Shown here one piece after another: positions 1 to 17,228 of a stretch of 64,000 nucleotides of DNA. The position numbers and the translations under genes are program-made. The stretch lies in assembly GCF_009914755.1 (NCBI RefSeq), contig NC_060925.1; one strand, 5' to 3'. The DNA is from the human T2T-CHM13v2.0 reference genome, Homo sapiens. The notes below the pieces were generated by a model. That model saw only the letters and a list, made by a program, of their open reading frames with translations, had not been told where the DNA came from and made no database searches. Positions within the stretch are counted from its first letter, which is position 1, and the number at the start of each line of letters is the position of its first letter.

Positions 1-4819
<4,819 letters not shown>

Positions 4820-4882
4820 TATGATGTTAGCTGGTTATTTTGCTCATTAGTTGATGCAGTTTCTTCCTAGCATTGATGGTCT

Positions 4883-5896
4883 TTACAATTTGGCATGTTT
4901 TTGCAGTGGCTGGTACCGGTTGTTCCTTTCCGTGTTTAGTGCTTCCTTCAGGAGCTCTTTTAGGGCAGGCCTGGTGGTGACAAAATCTCTCAGCATTTGC
5001 TTGTCTGTAAAGGATTTTATTTCTCCTTCACTTATGAAGCTTAGTTTGGCTGGATATGAAATTCTGGGTTGAAAATTCTTTTCTTAAAAATGTTGAATAT
5101 TGGCCCCCTCACTCTTCTGGCTTGTAGAGTTTCTGCCAACAGATCAGCAGTTAGTCTGATGGGCTTCCGTTTGCGGGTAACCTGACCTTTCTCTCTGGCT
5201 GCCCTTAACATTTTTTCCCTCATTTCAACTTTGGTGAATCTGACAATTATGTGTCTTGGAGTTGCTCTTCTCGAGGAGCATCTTTGTGGCATTCTCTGTA
5301 TTTCCTGAATTTGAATGTTGGCCTGCCTTGCTAGATTGGGGGAGTTCTTCTGGGTAATATCCTTCAGAGTGTTTTCCATCTTGGTTCCATTCTCCCCGTC
5401 ACTTTCAGGTACACCAGTCAGACGTAGATTTGGTCTTTTCACATAGTCCCATATTTCTTGGTGGCTTTGTTCATTTCTTTTTCTTCTTTTTTCTCTAAAC
5501 TTCTCTTCTCACTTCATTTCATTCTTTTCATCTTCAATCACTGATACCCTTTCTTCCAGTTGATCAAATCGGCTACTGAAGCTTGTGCATGTGTCACATA
5601 GTTCTCATGCCTTGGTTTTCAGCTCCATCAGGTCATTTAAGGAATTCTCTACATTGGTTATTCTAGTTAGCCATCGTCTAATCTTTTTTCAAGGTTTTAA
5701 CTTCTTTGCAATGGGTTCAAACTTCTTCCTTTAGCTCAGAGAAGTTTGATCGTCTGAAGCCTTCTTCTCTCAACTCGTCAGAGTCATTCTCCATCTAGCT
5801 TTGTTCCATTGCTGGTGAGGAGCTGTGTTCCTTTGGAGGAGGAAAGGCACTCTGATTTTTAGAATTTTCAGTTTTTCTGCTCTGTTTTTTCCCCAT
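4883..5896 (-). pseudogene. L1 ORF1p remnant, disrupted
   Basis: ATG at 5896 (ATGGGGAAAAAACAGAGC) and terminal TAA at 4883. The ORF-track fragment 5041-5442 (KRPNLRL..RRATPRHIIVRFTKVEM) matches ORF1p and then shifts frame. Confidence 0.92.
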
Positions 5897-6472
5897 TTTT
5901 GTGGTTTTATCTACCTTTGATCTTTGATCATGGTGACGTACAGATGGGGTTTTGGTGTGGATGTCCTTTCTGTTTGTTAGTTTTCCTTCTAACAGTCAGG
6001 ACCCTCAGCTGAAGGTCTGTTGGGGTTTGCTGGAGGTCCACTCCAGACCCTGTTTACCTGGGTATCAGCAGCGGAGGCTGCAGAACAGCAAATATTGCTG
6101 AACAGCAATGTTGCTGCCTGATTGTTCCTCTGGAAGTTTTGTCTAAGAGGGGCACTGGACCATATAAGGGATGTCAGTCGGCACCTACTGGGAAATGTCT
6201 CCCAGTTAGGCTACTTGGGGGTCAGGGACCCACTTGAGGAGGCAGTCTGTCCGTTCTCAGAGCTCTAACTCCATGCTGAGAGAACCACTACTGTCTTCAA
6301 AGCTGTCAGACAGGGACATTTAAGTCTGCAGAGGATTCTGCTGCCTTTTGTTTGGCTATGCCCTGCCCCCAGAGGTGGAGTCTACAGAAGCAGGCAGGCC
6401 TCCTTGAGCTGCGGTGGGCTCCACCTAGTTCTAGCTTCCAGGCTGCTTTGTTTACCTAGTTGAGCCTCAGCA

Positions 6473-6649
6473 ATGGCGGATTCCCCTCCCCCAGCCTCAC
6501 TGCCGCCTTGCAGTTCAATCTCAGACTGCTGTGCTAGCAATGAGCATTGCTGTGTGGGTGTGGGACCCTCCGAGCCAGGCACAGGATATAATCTCCTGGT
6601 GTGCCATTTGCTAAGACCATTGGAAAACACAGTATTAGGGCAGAAGTGA
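6473..6649 (+). other. L1 antisense ORF0 homolog, 58 aa (MADSPPPASLPPCSSISDCCASNEHCCVGVGPSEPGTGYNLLVCHLLRPLENTVLGQK*)
   Basis: Translated by hand. Resembles L1Hs ORF0 (MAGAPPPASLPPCSLISDCCASN...). Strong Kozak context gcaATGG; an apparent 1-nt deletion near codon 52 truncates it. Confidence 0.75.
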
Positions 6650-6902
6650 CCCGATTTTCCAGGTGGCGTCTGTCACAGATTTGCTTGGCTAGGAAAGGGA
6701 ATTCCGTGACCCCTTGGGCTTCCCAGGTGAGGCATGCCTCACCCTACTTCAGCTCACTCTCGGTGTGCTCCACCCACCGTCCTGCACCCGCTGTCCAATA
6801 AGCCCCAGTGAGATGAACCTGGTACCTCAGTTGGAAATGCAGAAATCACCCGTCTTCTGTGTCGCTCATGCTGGGACCTGTAGACTGGAGCTGTTCCTAT
6901 TT

Positions 6903-6912
6903 GGCCATCTTG
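6903..6912 (-). promoter_or_regulatory. Intact YY1 site of the L1 internal promoter
   Basis: CAAGATGGCC on the minus strand about 12 nt from the L1 5' end. Confidence 0.8.
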
Positions 6913-7129
6913 GAGCCACCCCCACATATTAGCTTATTAAAGTCTCTGAAAAGTCCTGCAGCAAGGAAACCTGGCAAACTCAGAAAACATGGCTTAACAT
7001 TTTCCCAAATTAAAAAAAAAGTTTATTTTCTTCTTTTTGTTTATGTGTTGCAGCCAATTAATCTTTTCCTGCTTAAGATATGTTCCTGGGTGTCCTCCTT
7101 TTTTTCCATCCAGTGAGTTTTTACTGCTT

Positions 7130-7262
7130 ATAACTTAAATTAAATGACACAAGGACCATGTCTTAGGCACCTGTGTTTCCCCAGTACCTGACAAACGAAA
7201 ATGCATATGATGATTAATAAATAAATGTGTACCAAATGAATGAATAAATAGATGATAAAATG
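7130..7262 (+). mobile_element. L2 3' end fragment
   Basis: aaggaccatgtctt..ctgtgtttccccagtacctgaca..aataaat..aatgaatgaa. Confidence 0.6.
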
Positions 7263-7982
7263 AATGGTTAATTGTTTTTAACAAAAGGGCTAATTTTAAA
7301 CATTGAAGCCAACAACTTTTTGGTGTTTAATAACTGTCTCTGAATGTGTGTGTTTGTGTGTGTAGATACAGCCCATGTGTCCAGATAACTAACAGCTCAA
7401 GTGGTGAGGCCATCTTTTCTTAGTAACTTCAGCTATTATACCCCTGTGGATCTCATTAGCAGAAGAGGCTGAAGCTTAACTGTTCCCTCTCATCTCAGCT
7501 TGTGTACTGTCAGGACTTATCAAGATCTGCCTTGCTCAATTCATGGGCAATCATTATTTTAGAACCTGAGATAGGAAGGCAGTAGATTTTATGTGATTAG
7601 CTGCTGAGATAAACGTTAATTAATTTTCAATTTCCATAAAGCAGCTCACTGGCAGAAAGATTTATTAAGTCAGTTAATGGCTACAGATGATTATTCCAAA
7701 ATTGGGATTGGGGATAAAGAGCTATGAAGACAAGGGCTGGTGAAGAGTGAACATGAAGCAGGCAGCACATAATATATTAGGAAAATAAATAAAAATGGAA
7801 GTAAATGCATCACCACATGGCTGTACAGTTAAAAATCATTAGGCAAAATGAATTGGGGATTTGGAAAAGGTAACAAACATAAAGTGGGTGGTAGGCCTGG
7901 CATTTTTATCATTTGATCTTGAAAGAAAAATATAAGTCAGTCCAAAATCTAAGAACTGAGACATGTGTGAGGGCATATCTAC

Positions 7983-8340
7983 TGCCTTAGTCTGTTTTTG
8001 CTGCTATAACAGAAGACCTGAGACTGAATAATTCATAAAGAACAGAGAGGGAAGGCTGAGTGGTGGCATCTGGTGAGAGCCTTCTTGCTCTGTCATCCCA
8101 TGGCAGAAGGTGAAAGGGTAAGGAAGCTCCAGTGCACACACACGAAGTAGGGAGAGAGAGAGAGGAAGGGGGCTAAGCTCACCCTTTTATCAGGAACTCA
8201 GTCCCACAATAACAGCATGAACCCAAGACCTTTAAAAGATTACCTAATCATCTTTTAAAATTCCCCCTGTCTCAACACTGTTGCAACGGGGATTAAGTTT
8301 CAAACACATAACCTTTCGGGGACACATTCAAACCATAGCA
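7983..8340 (-). mobile_element. MST (MSTB-like) MaLR solo LTR with internal deletion
   Basis: tgccttagtctgtttttgctgctataacagaa...gggacacattcaaaccatagca; possible 5-bp TSD tctac/actac. Confidence 0.85.
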
Positions 8341-8569
8341 ACTACTAAACCTAGACCCCAGTGACAAATCTGATGTAGACTCTGTTTTGATTTAGTCCCA
8401 TCCAGGAAGCTAAGAAATTCTCTCATTTCTTCCTTGACTAGAGGAAATTGCTTTGGATAAGCAAGGAGAAAAGGAGGAGAGAGGGATGGGTTGGTGAGTT
8501 TTATTTCTTCTGGATAGCATAGAAACTCATGTCATAGGTTTGTAGAAGAGAAATTCTACATTTCTTCTG

Positions 8570-8760
8570 TACTTCAAACTTTCTGGCTTGGACAAGTCAC
8601 ATAAGCTTTCTGGGCCTCAGTTTCATTTTTTAGAAAAGAGGAATATTATGTGTGTCCACTTGATTAAGTTGTATGGAAGACTAAAAGAAATAATGTACAA
8701 ACACTCTTAGCACTGTGCCTGCACATGGTAAGTATTCAACACACATTATCTAGTTCTATT
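8570..8760 (+). mobile_element. MIR SINE
   Basis: ggacaagtcacataagctttctgggcctcagtttc...ttagcactgtgcctgcacatggtaagtattcaa. Confidence 0.75.
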
Positions 8761-10547
8761 CCTCTTTGTGGAGTTAGTCAGTTTACCAAAGACTTAAAAG
8801 TACCTCAGTGCCATTGGTGATGAATTTTCAAAATTTGCTAATTTCCTTAGACTTAGGTGCTGCTATTGGATTTTCTAGACACTGAAGAAAACTGAAAGTC
8901 TTTTTGCCAGACAAGCTAAATTTTGTAACAAAGAGGCTCTAAGCCCAGCAGTCCCACCACTGACTATATTCCATTCATGCACACTTCTCAGTCAGTTCAC
9001 TGTGCCTCATAAGGGGAATACTGCCAGGTCTACTGACAACACTTTCCTCTCTACTTCTCGATATAGAGGTCAAGGCATATCTCTGACAATCTCTTTCTTT
9101 TCATCCAATGTCATAGAATAAACAAAAGTTTGCAAGAAAAATGCCACATTTGACCCTGTCTTGTTCTCAACTCAGTGTTTCCTCCAGCATCATTCTTTTT
9201 CCTAGAATAGGCAGGTCAATCCACCCTCAACCAATAATGTCCAAAAGCCAAGCTCAAAACTTTGAGTCAATGTCCTCATAAGCAGCAGGCAATCTCGTAG
9301 TCCCAGCAATACAACTGCTTTCAAAAAGCACTAGCTACCTGGTTTTCATTTTGCCAAAGTGTGTTTCTGAGGGAGCTGAGGAATTTGAGGGAGCCAGGTC
9401 AGAGTCAGGTGTGTCTGCTATCCAGGGGAAATACCATATCTTTAGTATCAAAGATTCAATTGACTATACTTTCAGCATGTCCTAGCTTAGCCAAGCATGT
9501 GTTGATACATGAAACCCAGGAAATGTTTATTAAGTACACCACAAATTACTCCAGGTCTTCTGTTTTAGGACCATGCCATGAGTTAGGGACCAATATTAAC
9601 CTCTTAGGGTTTCTTAAGAATATCTCTTTTCAAAGTTTGGGATCAGCATATACGTATCAGGGAACCGAATAAGAAAGCACAGTGCCACAGAAAGAAAAGG
9701 TTAATTATAAAGAAACTGAGCCCTTTCTTTGCAATAACAAAATAAAAAAAGAGAAGTAGCAAGGAAAGAGGGAAGGAGGGAAAACATTCACATCATTGGG
9801 AAAATCAGAAGATGTTACTGGAAATAATGATTGACAAGGAAAAGATTTCCTCATGGTAATATTTTCTTATGCACTTAAATGTAGATGTTTGATTTTTTAT
9901 AGTGAACCTTATAAATAAGCAAGAAATCAGCATAAAGCTTGGGGTTAAAACACAGCTTGCTTCTACAGGCACAAGATGTTATCTGGAAATATTCTGTCTT
10001 TATTTCTTTATTTTTAACACAAAGAATAAAAAGCATATGATGCAGTTAGAGGTGGATTGACAGTGACATTTCATTAATGGTTTGAATAAAGCAATTTCTT
10101 TCTTGCTCACAGTACCCAAACAGGCAACCACAACAGAAAGGTAGTTTCCCTTATAATTCTGTCTCTGAAACATCCTTTAAAGATAAATAACCATACATAA
10201 TTATATATATTTAATTTGGTAGACATTTCTCAAAGAGACGAAAGTTTATACTATATTCAAACGCAACCTCTTTTCCCCCTTTTCTCCTGTTCTTTCTTTA
10301 AAGAGAGAAGGAAATGTGACTGCATAATGATCTATCAAGTCAATACTCCTGGGGATATGTATCACACAATTCAATGCAACCTCATTAAACTATTCTAGCA
10401 TTACATGAGGCTCTACACACAGCATATCAATGCAAAAGTCCATTTTAAATCCCAGAGGTCTGGTTCACATACACAATTGTCTGGAAAATTCATGCTGAAT
10501 GCCCTCATTATCCTGAATTATCCAGGTATTAGATATGTTGGTATAAT

Positions 10548-10970
10548 TTGTGGAAATAAACAAAGGCCACCCAAATGAGTAAAAGCAAAGGCTATTTATT
10601 CTGAGCTTGCTATAGCAAGGGAGTCAGTCACCATCACACACATTAGAAAGAGATTCAAACTTAGGCAAACGAGTGGTAAAGCTTTATAGTGGAAGAAAGG
10701 GAGGACTTCAAGTATGCCCTGACTGTAGGCTGTTGACCTGGGAAAATTATAATCACGTTAACTAGAATTAGGACATCTTATGTGATTGAAGAGGGGTGCA
10801 TATTTGGCTTTGCAGTTGATCCCAAGTTGGAAATAGAGGCAAAAATTAGGAAAGCTGTCTGTTAATCGATTAAGTCCTGGCCATGTGGGGCCAATTGCTA
10901 CAAGCTTTATTGTTTGGTTTCTTGTATTGGTTTACCGCACATACTAGGTTTATTTCCTGGACTAGTTACT
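10548..10970 (-). mobile_element. Old ERV-type LTR, family unresolved
   Basis: aaaagcaaaggctatttattctgagcttgctatagcaagggagtcag...gtgattg..ggggtgcatatttggcttt resembles a dispersed LTR repeat. Confidence 0.55.
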
Positions 10971-11082
10971 GCAAATTGTAAATCAGAGTTCCATTTTTAC
11001 GCAAAGTCTGGTCATTTTTCATTTGTATATCCAGTCTCTTGTAAATTAATTTCATATAGGTCTGCTTTTGGTTTTCCTTTCC

Positions 11083-11217
<135 letters not shown>

Positions 11218-11219
11218 CA

Positions 11220-11290
11220 ACTGCACTCCAGCCTAGGTGAGAGAGAAAGACCCTATCTCAAAAATAAAATATATAAAGTAAAATAAAAAG
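11220..11290 (+). mobile_element. Alu 3' tip with A-rich tail (AluJ-like)
   Basis: actgcactccagcctaggtga..agaccctatctcaaaaataaaat. Confidence 0.8.
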
Positions 11291-11294
11291 ACTA

Positions 11295-13190
11295 AACCCA
11301 AAACAGTCAAGGGGGCACAGGTTAATTGTACAAAGAGACCATATTATGACAATACCTGCCCATGCTGTATTTCATTGCCTCTTCCTGAGCCTACATATAT
11401 GGCCTCATGTGGTATTCTCTATGACCAATTAGAAGAAGAAAAGCATTGGCCTGGCTCATTTATAGATCTATACTGCATGTAGCAAAAATTCTGCAGATGT
11501 TGCACTGTAGATGGCAAGAAAAAATCCTGCAATAAGGCAGAATTTTGGGCGGTCTATTCTGTTGCACACTTTGTATGGAAGATGGCCTGCCTGAATTACA
11601 TATGTATTCTGATTTACGAGCAATGACTAATGATTGACCAGCTGATCAGGAATTTGGAAAGGACAAAATTGGAAAATTGATAACGAATCATCAATGGAGC
11701 TCTGAAACTAAAGAGATTATTCTGATAAATGCCCACTAAAGGTTGAGGAAACTCTAAATAAAGAAAGGGATAAGATCATTCATCTCTTAGATACCAATCA
11801 GCCTCTTTCCCCAGCCATCCCAGTGCTTACTCAATGTACCCAGGTACAAAGTGGCCATGGAGGCATGGACGAAGGCTCACAGCATGGTCTTTCTCCATCA
11901 AAGCAAGTTCGACTACCATGATGGCTGAGTGAATTGCCAATAGAAAAGGCCCATGCTGAGCCCTCTATATGGCATCATTTCCCAGAGAGCTGTCAGCTTG
12001 CAGGGTGGTTCCACTGGGCCATGCTTCTTCTAAAGTGGGCAGCATCTTGCCCTCACAGGGGGAAACACATATTTATTTTCTTACCTGAGGTGTTTCAGTC
12101 AGCCTCATTATTTGTAGACTTAAAAATGCCTCATCCATCATTGTGGTGTCTCACACAACAGTTAAAACATAAAAATACTGTTAAGACATAAAAATAAGTC
12201 TTAACAGTAGACATATTTTATAAAAGAGCAATATCATTTACAACCACAGAATTCAGTGACTTTATCACATGCCCCAACTTCCAGACGCAGCTAGCTTGAT
12301 AAAGTAGTGACCTGTCCCACCGAAGGTTCAGATATAGTCCCACCTGAGAGCCAACACCCTGCCTTCAACCAACATCACCTCCCCATGGTCAAGAGGTTCA
12401 GGAGTCAAAAGCTGGAAGTGAGAGAGCCCCCTCCCACTCTTATCTATCTAATAACCTACTGGAAGTATTTTTTCTTCTTTTTCCTGTGAACTTGAGTTAC
12501 ATGTCTTTGGAGGTTCTACTGCCCAGTGAAGAAAAGCTTCCATCAAGGCAGAAAGTCATCTTCCAGATGAATTGGATGCGAAGTCAGCCTCTATCCATTT
12601 TCAGTTTCTCATACCTCTAAACAACACACAGAGAAGAGGGGAGATCACTGCACTGGGTGGGGTGATTGATCCCAATTATCAGAGAGAAATTTCATTATTG
12701 CTACCCAAAACCAGTAACAATAATTATATTTAGAACACAGAAAATTCACTGAATTGCTTCTTAATACTCCTTTGCCCCATAAAGCTGGTTAATGAAAATC
12801 TGTGATGACCAAATAAAGACTTAAACACCAAGAACTCAGACTCTGTAGAAATTAAAGTTTCATTATCCTTGCAAAGTAAAGGACCCTGTTCAGCTGAGAT
12901 TTTGGCAAAAGTCAAAGGGAATAAGGAATCTGTAATGGAAGAAGGCTGCTATCAGTGCCCACTTAAACCTCAGAATGCTACAGAGGCAGAGATTATTGCA
13001 GTGGTTTATGTTTCTTTAGACAGTTTTCTTTCTCCTCATATTTTTTGTTACAAACTTAAATGAAGAAGGTGACTAGTGTTTAAAGTTTCAAGAGAAATGT
13101 AACTACTCTGAGGTTTCCCCATGATGATAAAGTTGCTGATGGGACTTTCTGAGTCCTTTGTTTGGGATGCTAAGGGGGAAAGGGGACAGA
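11295..13190 (+). mobile_element. Degenerate ERVL-class internal region (RNase H/integrase/dUTPase remnants; ERV3-16A3/ERVL-E-like)
   Basis: tatgaccaattagaagaagaa (YDQL.EEE-like) and caaagtggccatggaggc (QSGHGG) motifs; polypurine tract aagggggaaagggg just before the LTR. Confidence 0.7.
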
Positions 13191-13191
13191 T

Positions 13192-14527
13192 CATGTCGGT
13201 TATCATCTCTGTGCTTATCCAGATCGAGCAGTCCCCTTTCTCTGCCAACTCTCTCCCACAGCAGGCCTACCTAGGTCCCACGTCCAACAGGGCTTTCGTG
13301 ACTTTGGCTTCAGCTAATTTGGGACCTCCACCAAAAAAACTGGAGAATGTGTGATATTTTGATTTACTATAAAAATATATGTTTGGTCTTTGTCTCTGTT
13401 CCTGGCACAGGGCTCCTAAAACTCTTGGAATTGCGTAGGTTGTTAAGTACAACAAAGGTGAGTGGAGCAACATTTATTATTCATGATAAGCCCCTTTCAC
13501 CACTCAAATTATGTTAATAAGGTGATTTTTGAAAAGCCTACAGGATGGGGGCTGGTTTCCAGGGGAACCAACTTTGGGATAAGAGGGTTAAAACTTTCAG
13601 CCTCACTGCATCCCCCTACTTCCAGGAAGGGGAGAGGGGCTGGAAATTGACTTGTCACCAATGGCCAGTGATTAATCAAACATGCCTTATAAAAACTCAA
13701 AAGGACAAAGTTCAGAGAGCTTCTGGATTGGCTAACACAAATAGGTACTATGAAGGCAGCATGCCTAGAGACACCATGGAAGCCCTGTATCCCTTCCCCA
13801 CATCTGGCCCTGTACATCTCTTCCTTCTGACTATTCCTAAATTATATTATTTTATAACAAACTCATAGTCTATTAAAAAAGATCTCTTTTCCTGAGTTCT
13901 GTGATTTGTTCTAGCAAGTGATCAAACCCAGGGAGGGAATTGTGGGAACCTCTGATGTGTAGCTGTTGGTCAGAGCACAGGTGACGACCTGGACTTGCCA
14001 TCGATCTGAACTGGGGACAGTCTTGTGGGACTGGGCCCTTACCACGTGGAAACTGATGCTATCTCCAGGTAAATTGAGTCAGAAGTGAGTTACATTACAG
14101 GACACTCAGTTGGTGTCCACCAAAAAGTGAAGAATTGCTTGATGTCAGAAGTGGAAGATTGAGAGTAAGTGTGGGAGTATAGAGAGTATAGAGAAAAACA
14201 GTGTTTTTTTCCCCTTTTAGGTAGAGGAGAATGAGGTCAGGATGCTTATTTCCCTGGCTACCTCCCTATAAAGTTGTCAAAGGCTAGCAGAGTCCCCCAG
14301 CCAAGATCTTCCTCTCAATATAGCCTGCTCTGCAGGACTTTCTCTTCTTGTTGGTTCTGATTCACTCTCTGCCTTTATTCCTTCAGGTCTGTGGGGGTAA
14401 TTGCCCTGTTGCTGCTTGCCCCAGTCCTGTACTACCTACCACCTGCCCACACATTTGCAATAAGGTTTTCTCAAAGTATCCTAATTTGAATGTGCTACCT
14501 ATTTCTTATTGGGAACTTAACTAACAT
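13192..14527 (+). mobile_element. LTR33-like ERVL 3' LTR, split by MER21
   Basis: gaggagaatgaggtcaggatgcttatttccctggctacctccc...cctgcccacacatttg..tttgaatgtgctacctatttc resembles LTR33. Confidence 0.7.
13350..14217 (+). mobile_element. MER21-family LTR
   Basis: tgtgatattttgatttactataaaaatatatgtttggtctttgtc..cctggcacagggctcctaaaactcttggaatt...gagaaaaacagtg. Confidence 0.85.
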
Positions 14528-14621
14528 TATTGGTAAGAAAAATGAGAGCATAGATATTAGTTAACAGATGATTGAGAAGATGAAAGAGATGCTGATAATC
14601 ATTATTTTGACCTAAAGTTAC

Positions 14622-15152
14622 TGTGGTGTGGTGGTTTTAAAATACGTCAACAAATTCTGTGGTATTCTTTCCTCCAAGAAGTGGAGCTTAATCCCCATCC
14701 TTGAGTGTTGGTAGGACTTAGTGACTTGCCTCTAATGGATAGAATAAAAGTGGAAGTGATAGTATACAATTTCAGAGACTATGTTGTTAAAAGTACAGTG
14801 AATTCTTCCTTTCTCTCTTTGATCATCTGCTTTGGGGAAAGCCGGTTACCATGTCATGAAGACACGGAAGAAACTCTGAAGAGGTACATGTGGTAAGGAG
14901 CTGAGGCCCCAGCCAATAATCATATGAGTTAGTCATCTAGGAAGACGATCCTCCAACCTCATTCAAGCCTACCAATGACTGTGGCCCCTGTCTATATCCT
15001 GACTGCAACTACATGAGGGACCCTGCACCTGAACCACCCAGGCAAGCCACTTCTAAATTCCTGACTCACAGAAACTGAGATAATAAATGTTTATTGTTTC
15101 GAGCCAATAAGTTTGAAGTGATTTGTTATGCAACAATAGACATCTGATGTAC
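14622..15152 (+). mobile_element. MLT1 (MLT1F-like) LTR
   Basis: aagaagtggagcttaatcccc...cacagaaactgagataataaatgtttattgttt..tttgttatgcaacaataga. Confidence 0.85.
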
Positions 15153-15174
15153 TTGGCTACAGCTAAGATGATCA

Positions 15175-16107
15175 TTAATAACAACCATGGTTAATATTTA
15201 TTGGATGCTTATTGTACATGAGTTACTGTGCTAAGTGTTTCATTTAATCTTCACTCATATCCTATGAAGCATGTACTATTATTAGCTTCATTATATAAAT
15301 TAGGAGCCTGAGGCACAAGGAAGTTAAATATCCTAACCAAGGACACATAACCTACACTGTTATAAGATGCACATTTTTTCATGCTTAACATCTCTGAAAT
15401 TAGGGTGCCTCTTATAATCAATGATGTCTTACAATTGCTGGCAACCAGGCAGCAGTTTGATATAATTGCCATTTCATGCACATGTGTGGCCTTGGTCATA
15501 GCTGTTCATATTGTTCTTGCTTCAATCACGTTATAAACATTGAGTTTAATTGCTGTTTAAAATATCTTCAAAGGAGTATACTATGACTTGGCATTAAAAT
15601 TAAAAGTTATTGTGTACCCAAAGAGACAAAAATAGAGCAGCAGATCATAAATTTTTTATTTGAGAAACAAATATTTATCACTGGAGGAATAATAGCAAGT
15701 CCATATTTTCTTGCAGAACAATAACGAAATCCTTTATGAGATCAAAGAAAGGATGATGCGCACACATAGCTGAAGCTGTTTCTCTTTATTCTTGAGAGAC
15801 ACGCAAAAGCATTGCCTATCATGTGCCAAGCAAGACATTGTAGTAAATGGCCAAATTCCTTGAAAAAGAAGAAAGAAACTTTAAAGCCATGAGAGATTGT
15901 TGCAACTAATGCATGCATCATAGAGAACCACCATAAGGCATTGCTTCCTAGTTTAATTGGTGGCATTGTTTTCCTTCTTAGTGTTTAATAGAATAATAGT
16001 GTATCTTATGATTGATGATGTCTTAGAGATAAAATATGTTAAGTGGTGGGGCTGCGATTTGAATCTGGGTGACATGATTCCAGAGTTTATACTCTTAATC
16101 ACTGCGC
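15175..16107 (-). mobile_element. MIR split by a Tc2 DNA transposon
   Basis: MIR halves at 15175-15351 (ctgaggcacaaggaagttaaat..ccaaggacacat) and 16041-16107 (agtggtggggctgcgatttgaatc) join in register. Confidence 0.75.
15352..16040. mobile_element. TcMar-Tc2 DNA transposon (Kanga1/MER104-like)
   Basis: taagatgcacattttttc..aacatctctgaaattagggtgc..aatcaatgatgtcttacaa, with the inverted motif near 16000-16040. Confidence 0.7.
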
Positions 16108-16224
16108 AAAGTGCCCCCTAGATGACTGGGTTTGTAGGGAGTGCTTAGGAAATGCCTAATCAATTTTCTATGGTAACTTAAATGAAGGTTATTCAAACTA
16201 ATTTTCATCTCTTGAAAACTTCTG

Positions 16225-16345
16225 GCAATTGGTTGCACAACAATGTGAATATACTTAACATTACTAAACTCTACACTTTAAAATGGTTAAGTTGGTAAAT
16301 TTTATATGATATGTATTTTGCCACAACTAAAAATAAAAATAAATA
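16225..16345 (+). mobile_element. Old L1M 3' end
   Basis: ggttgcacaacaatgtgaatatacttaa..aaaatggttaag..tattttgccacaa followed by an A-rich tail. Confidence 0.75.
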
Positions 16346-16370
16346 AGTAACTATAATAAATAAAATATTT

Positions 16371-16700
16371 GGCCAGGCACAGTGGCTCATACCTAAAATT
16401 CCAGCACCTTGGGAGGCTGAGGTGGGAGGAATGTTTGAGGCCAGGAGTTTGAGACTAGCCTGGGCAACATAGAGAGACCCCATCTCTACTAAAAATGTTT
16501 TAAAATAGCTGGGTATGGTGGTGCACACCTGTAGTCTCCATTACTTGGGAGACTGAGCTGGGAGAATCACTTTACCCTGGGAGGTTGAGGCTGCAGTAAG
16601 CAGTGATTGCACCACTGCACTCCAGCCTGGATGACAGAGCGAGGCCTTGTCTCGACATACATAAATAAACAAATAAATAAATAAATATAAAATAAAATAA
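16371..16700 (+). mobile_element. AluJ, full length
   Basis: ggccaggcacagtggctca..ggaggaatgtttgaggccaggagtttgag..gaggctgcagt; (TAAA)n tail. Confidence 0.92.
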
Positions 16701-16799
16701 CATCTCAAATATCTAATTTATTTTCTGTCTTTGAGCCATGGTGGAAGTTATTAGCAGAGGGAGGAAGACGACGTAGTATTCTAAATCACAGTATCAAAA

Positions 16800-16920
16800 A
16801 GCTTTAAGTTCTACATCTTGATTAGGGTGATGAATACACAATACTTGTCAAAACTCATCAAACTGCAAACTTAAAATGAGAACATTTACTGTATATAAAT
16901 CATACATCAACAACAAAGTT
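16800..16920 (+). mobile_element. L1MC/ME 3' end fragment
   Basis: ttgtcaaaactcatcaaactg..acttaaaatg..tactgtatataaatcatacatcaa. Confidence 0.65.
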
Positions 16921-17228
16921 TTTGTTTGTTTGTTTGTTTGTTTGTTTTAGACATGGTCTCACTCTGTCACCCAAGCTGGAGTGTAGTGGTGAGTGGTGTA
17001 ATCACAGCTCACTGCAGCCTTGACCTCCCAGGCTTAAGCGATTCTCCCACTTTGGTCTCCTGAGTAGATGAGACTACAGGCATGCAACACCACACCCAGT
17101 TAATTTCTTTAATTTTTAGTAGAAATGGAGGTCTCACTATGTTATTTAGCTGGTCTCGAACTCCTGGCCTCAAGCAATCCTCCCATCTTGGCCTACCAAA
17201 CTGCTGGGATTACAGGCCTGAGCCATCG
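16921..17228 (-). mobile_element. AluJ with (TTTG)n tail
   Basis: cactgcagccttgacctcc (J-type); TSD caacaaagtt at 16911-16920 and 17229-17238. Confidence 0.92.
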
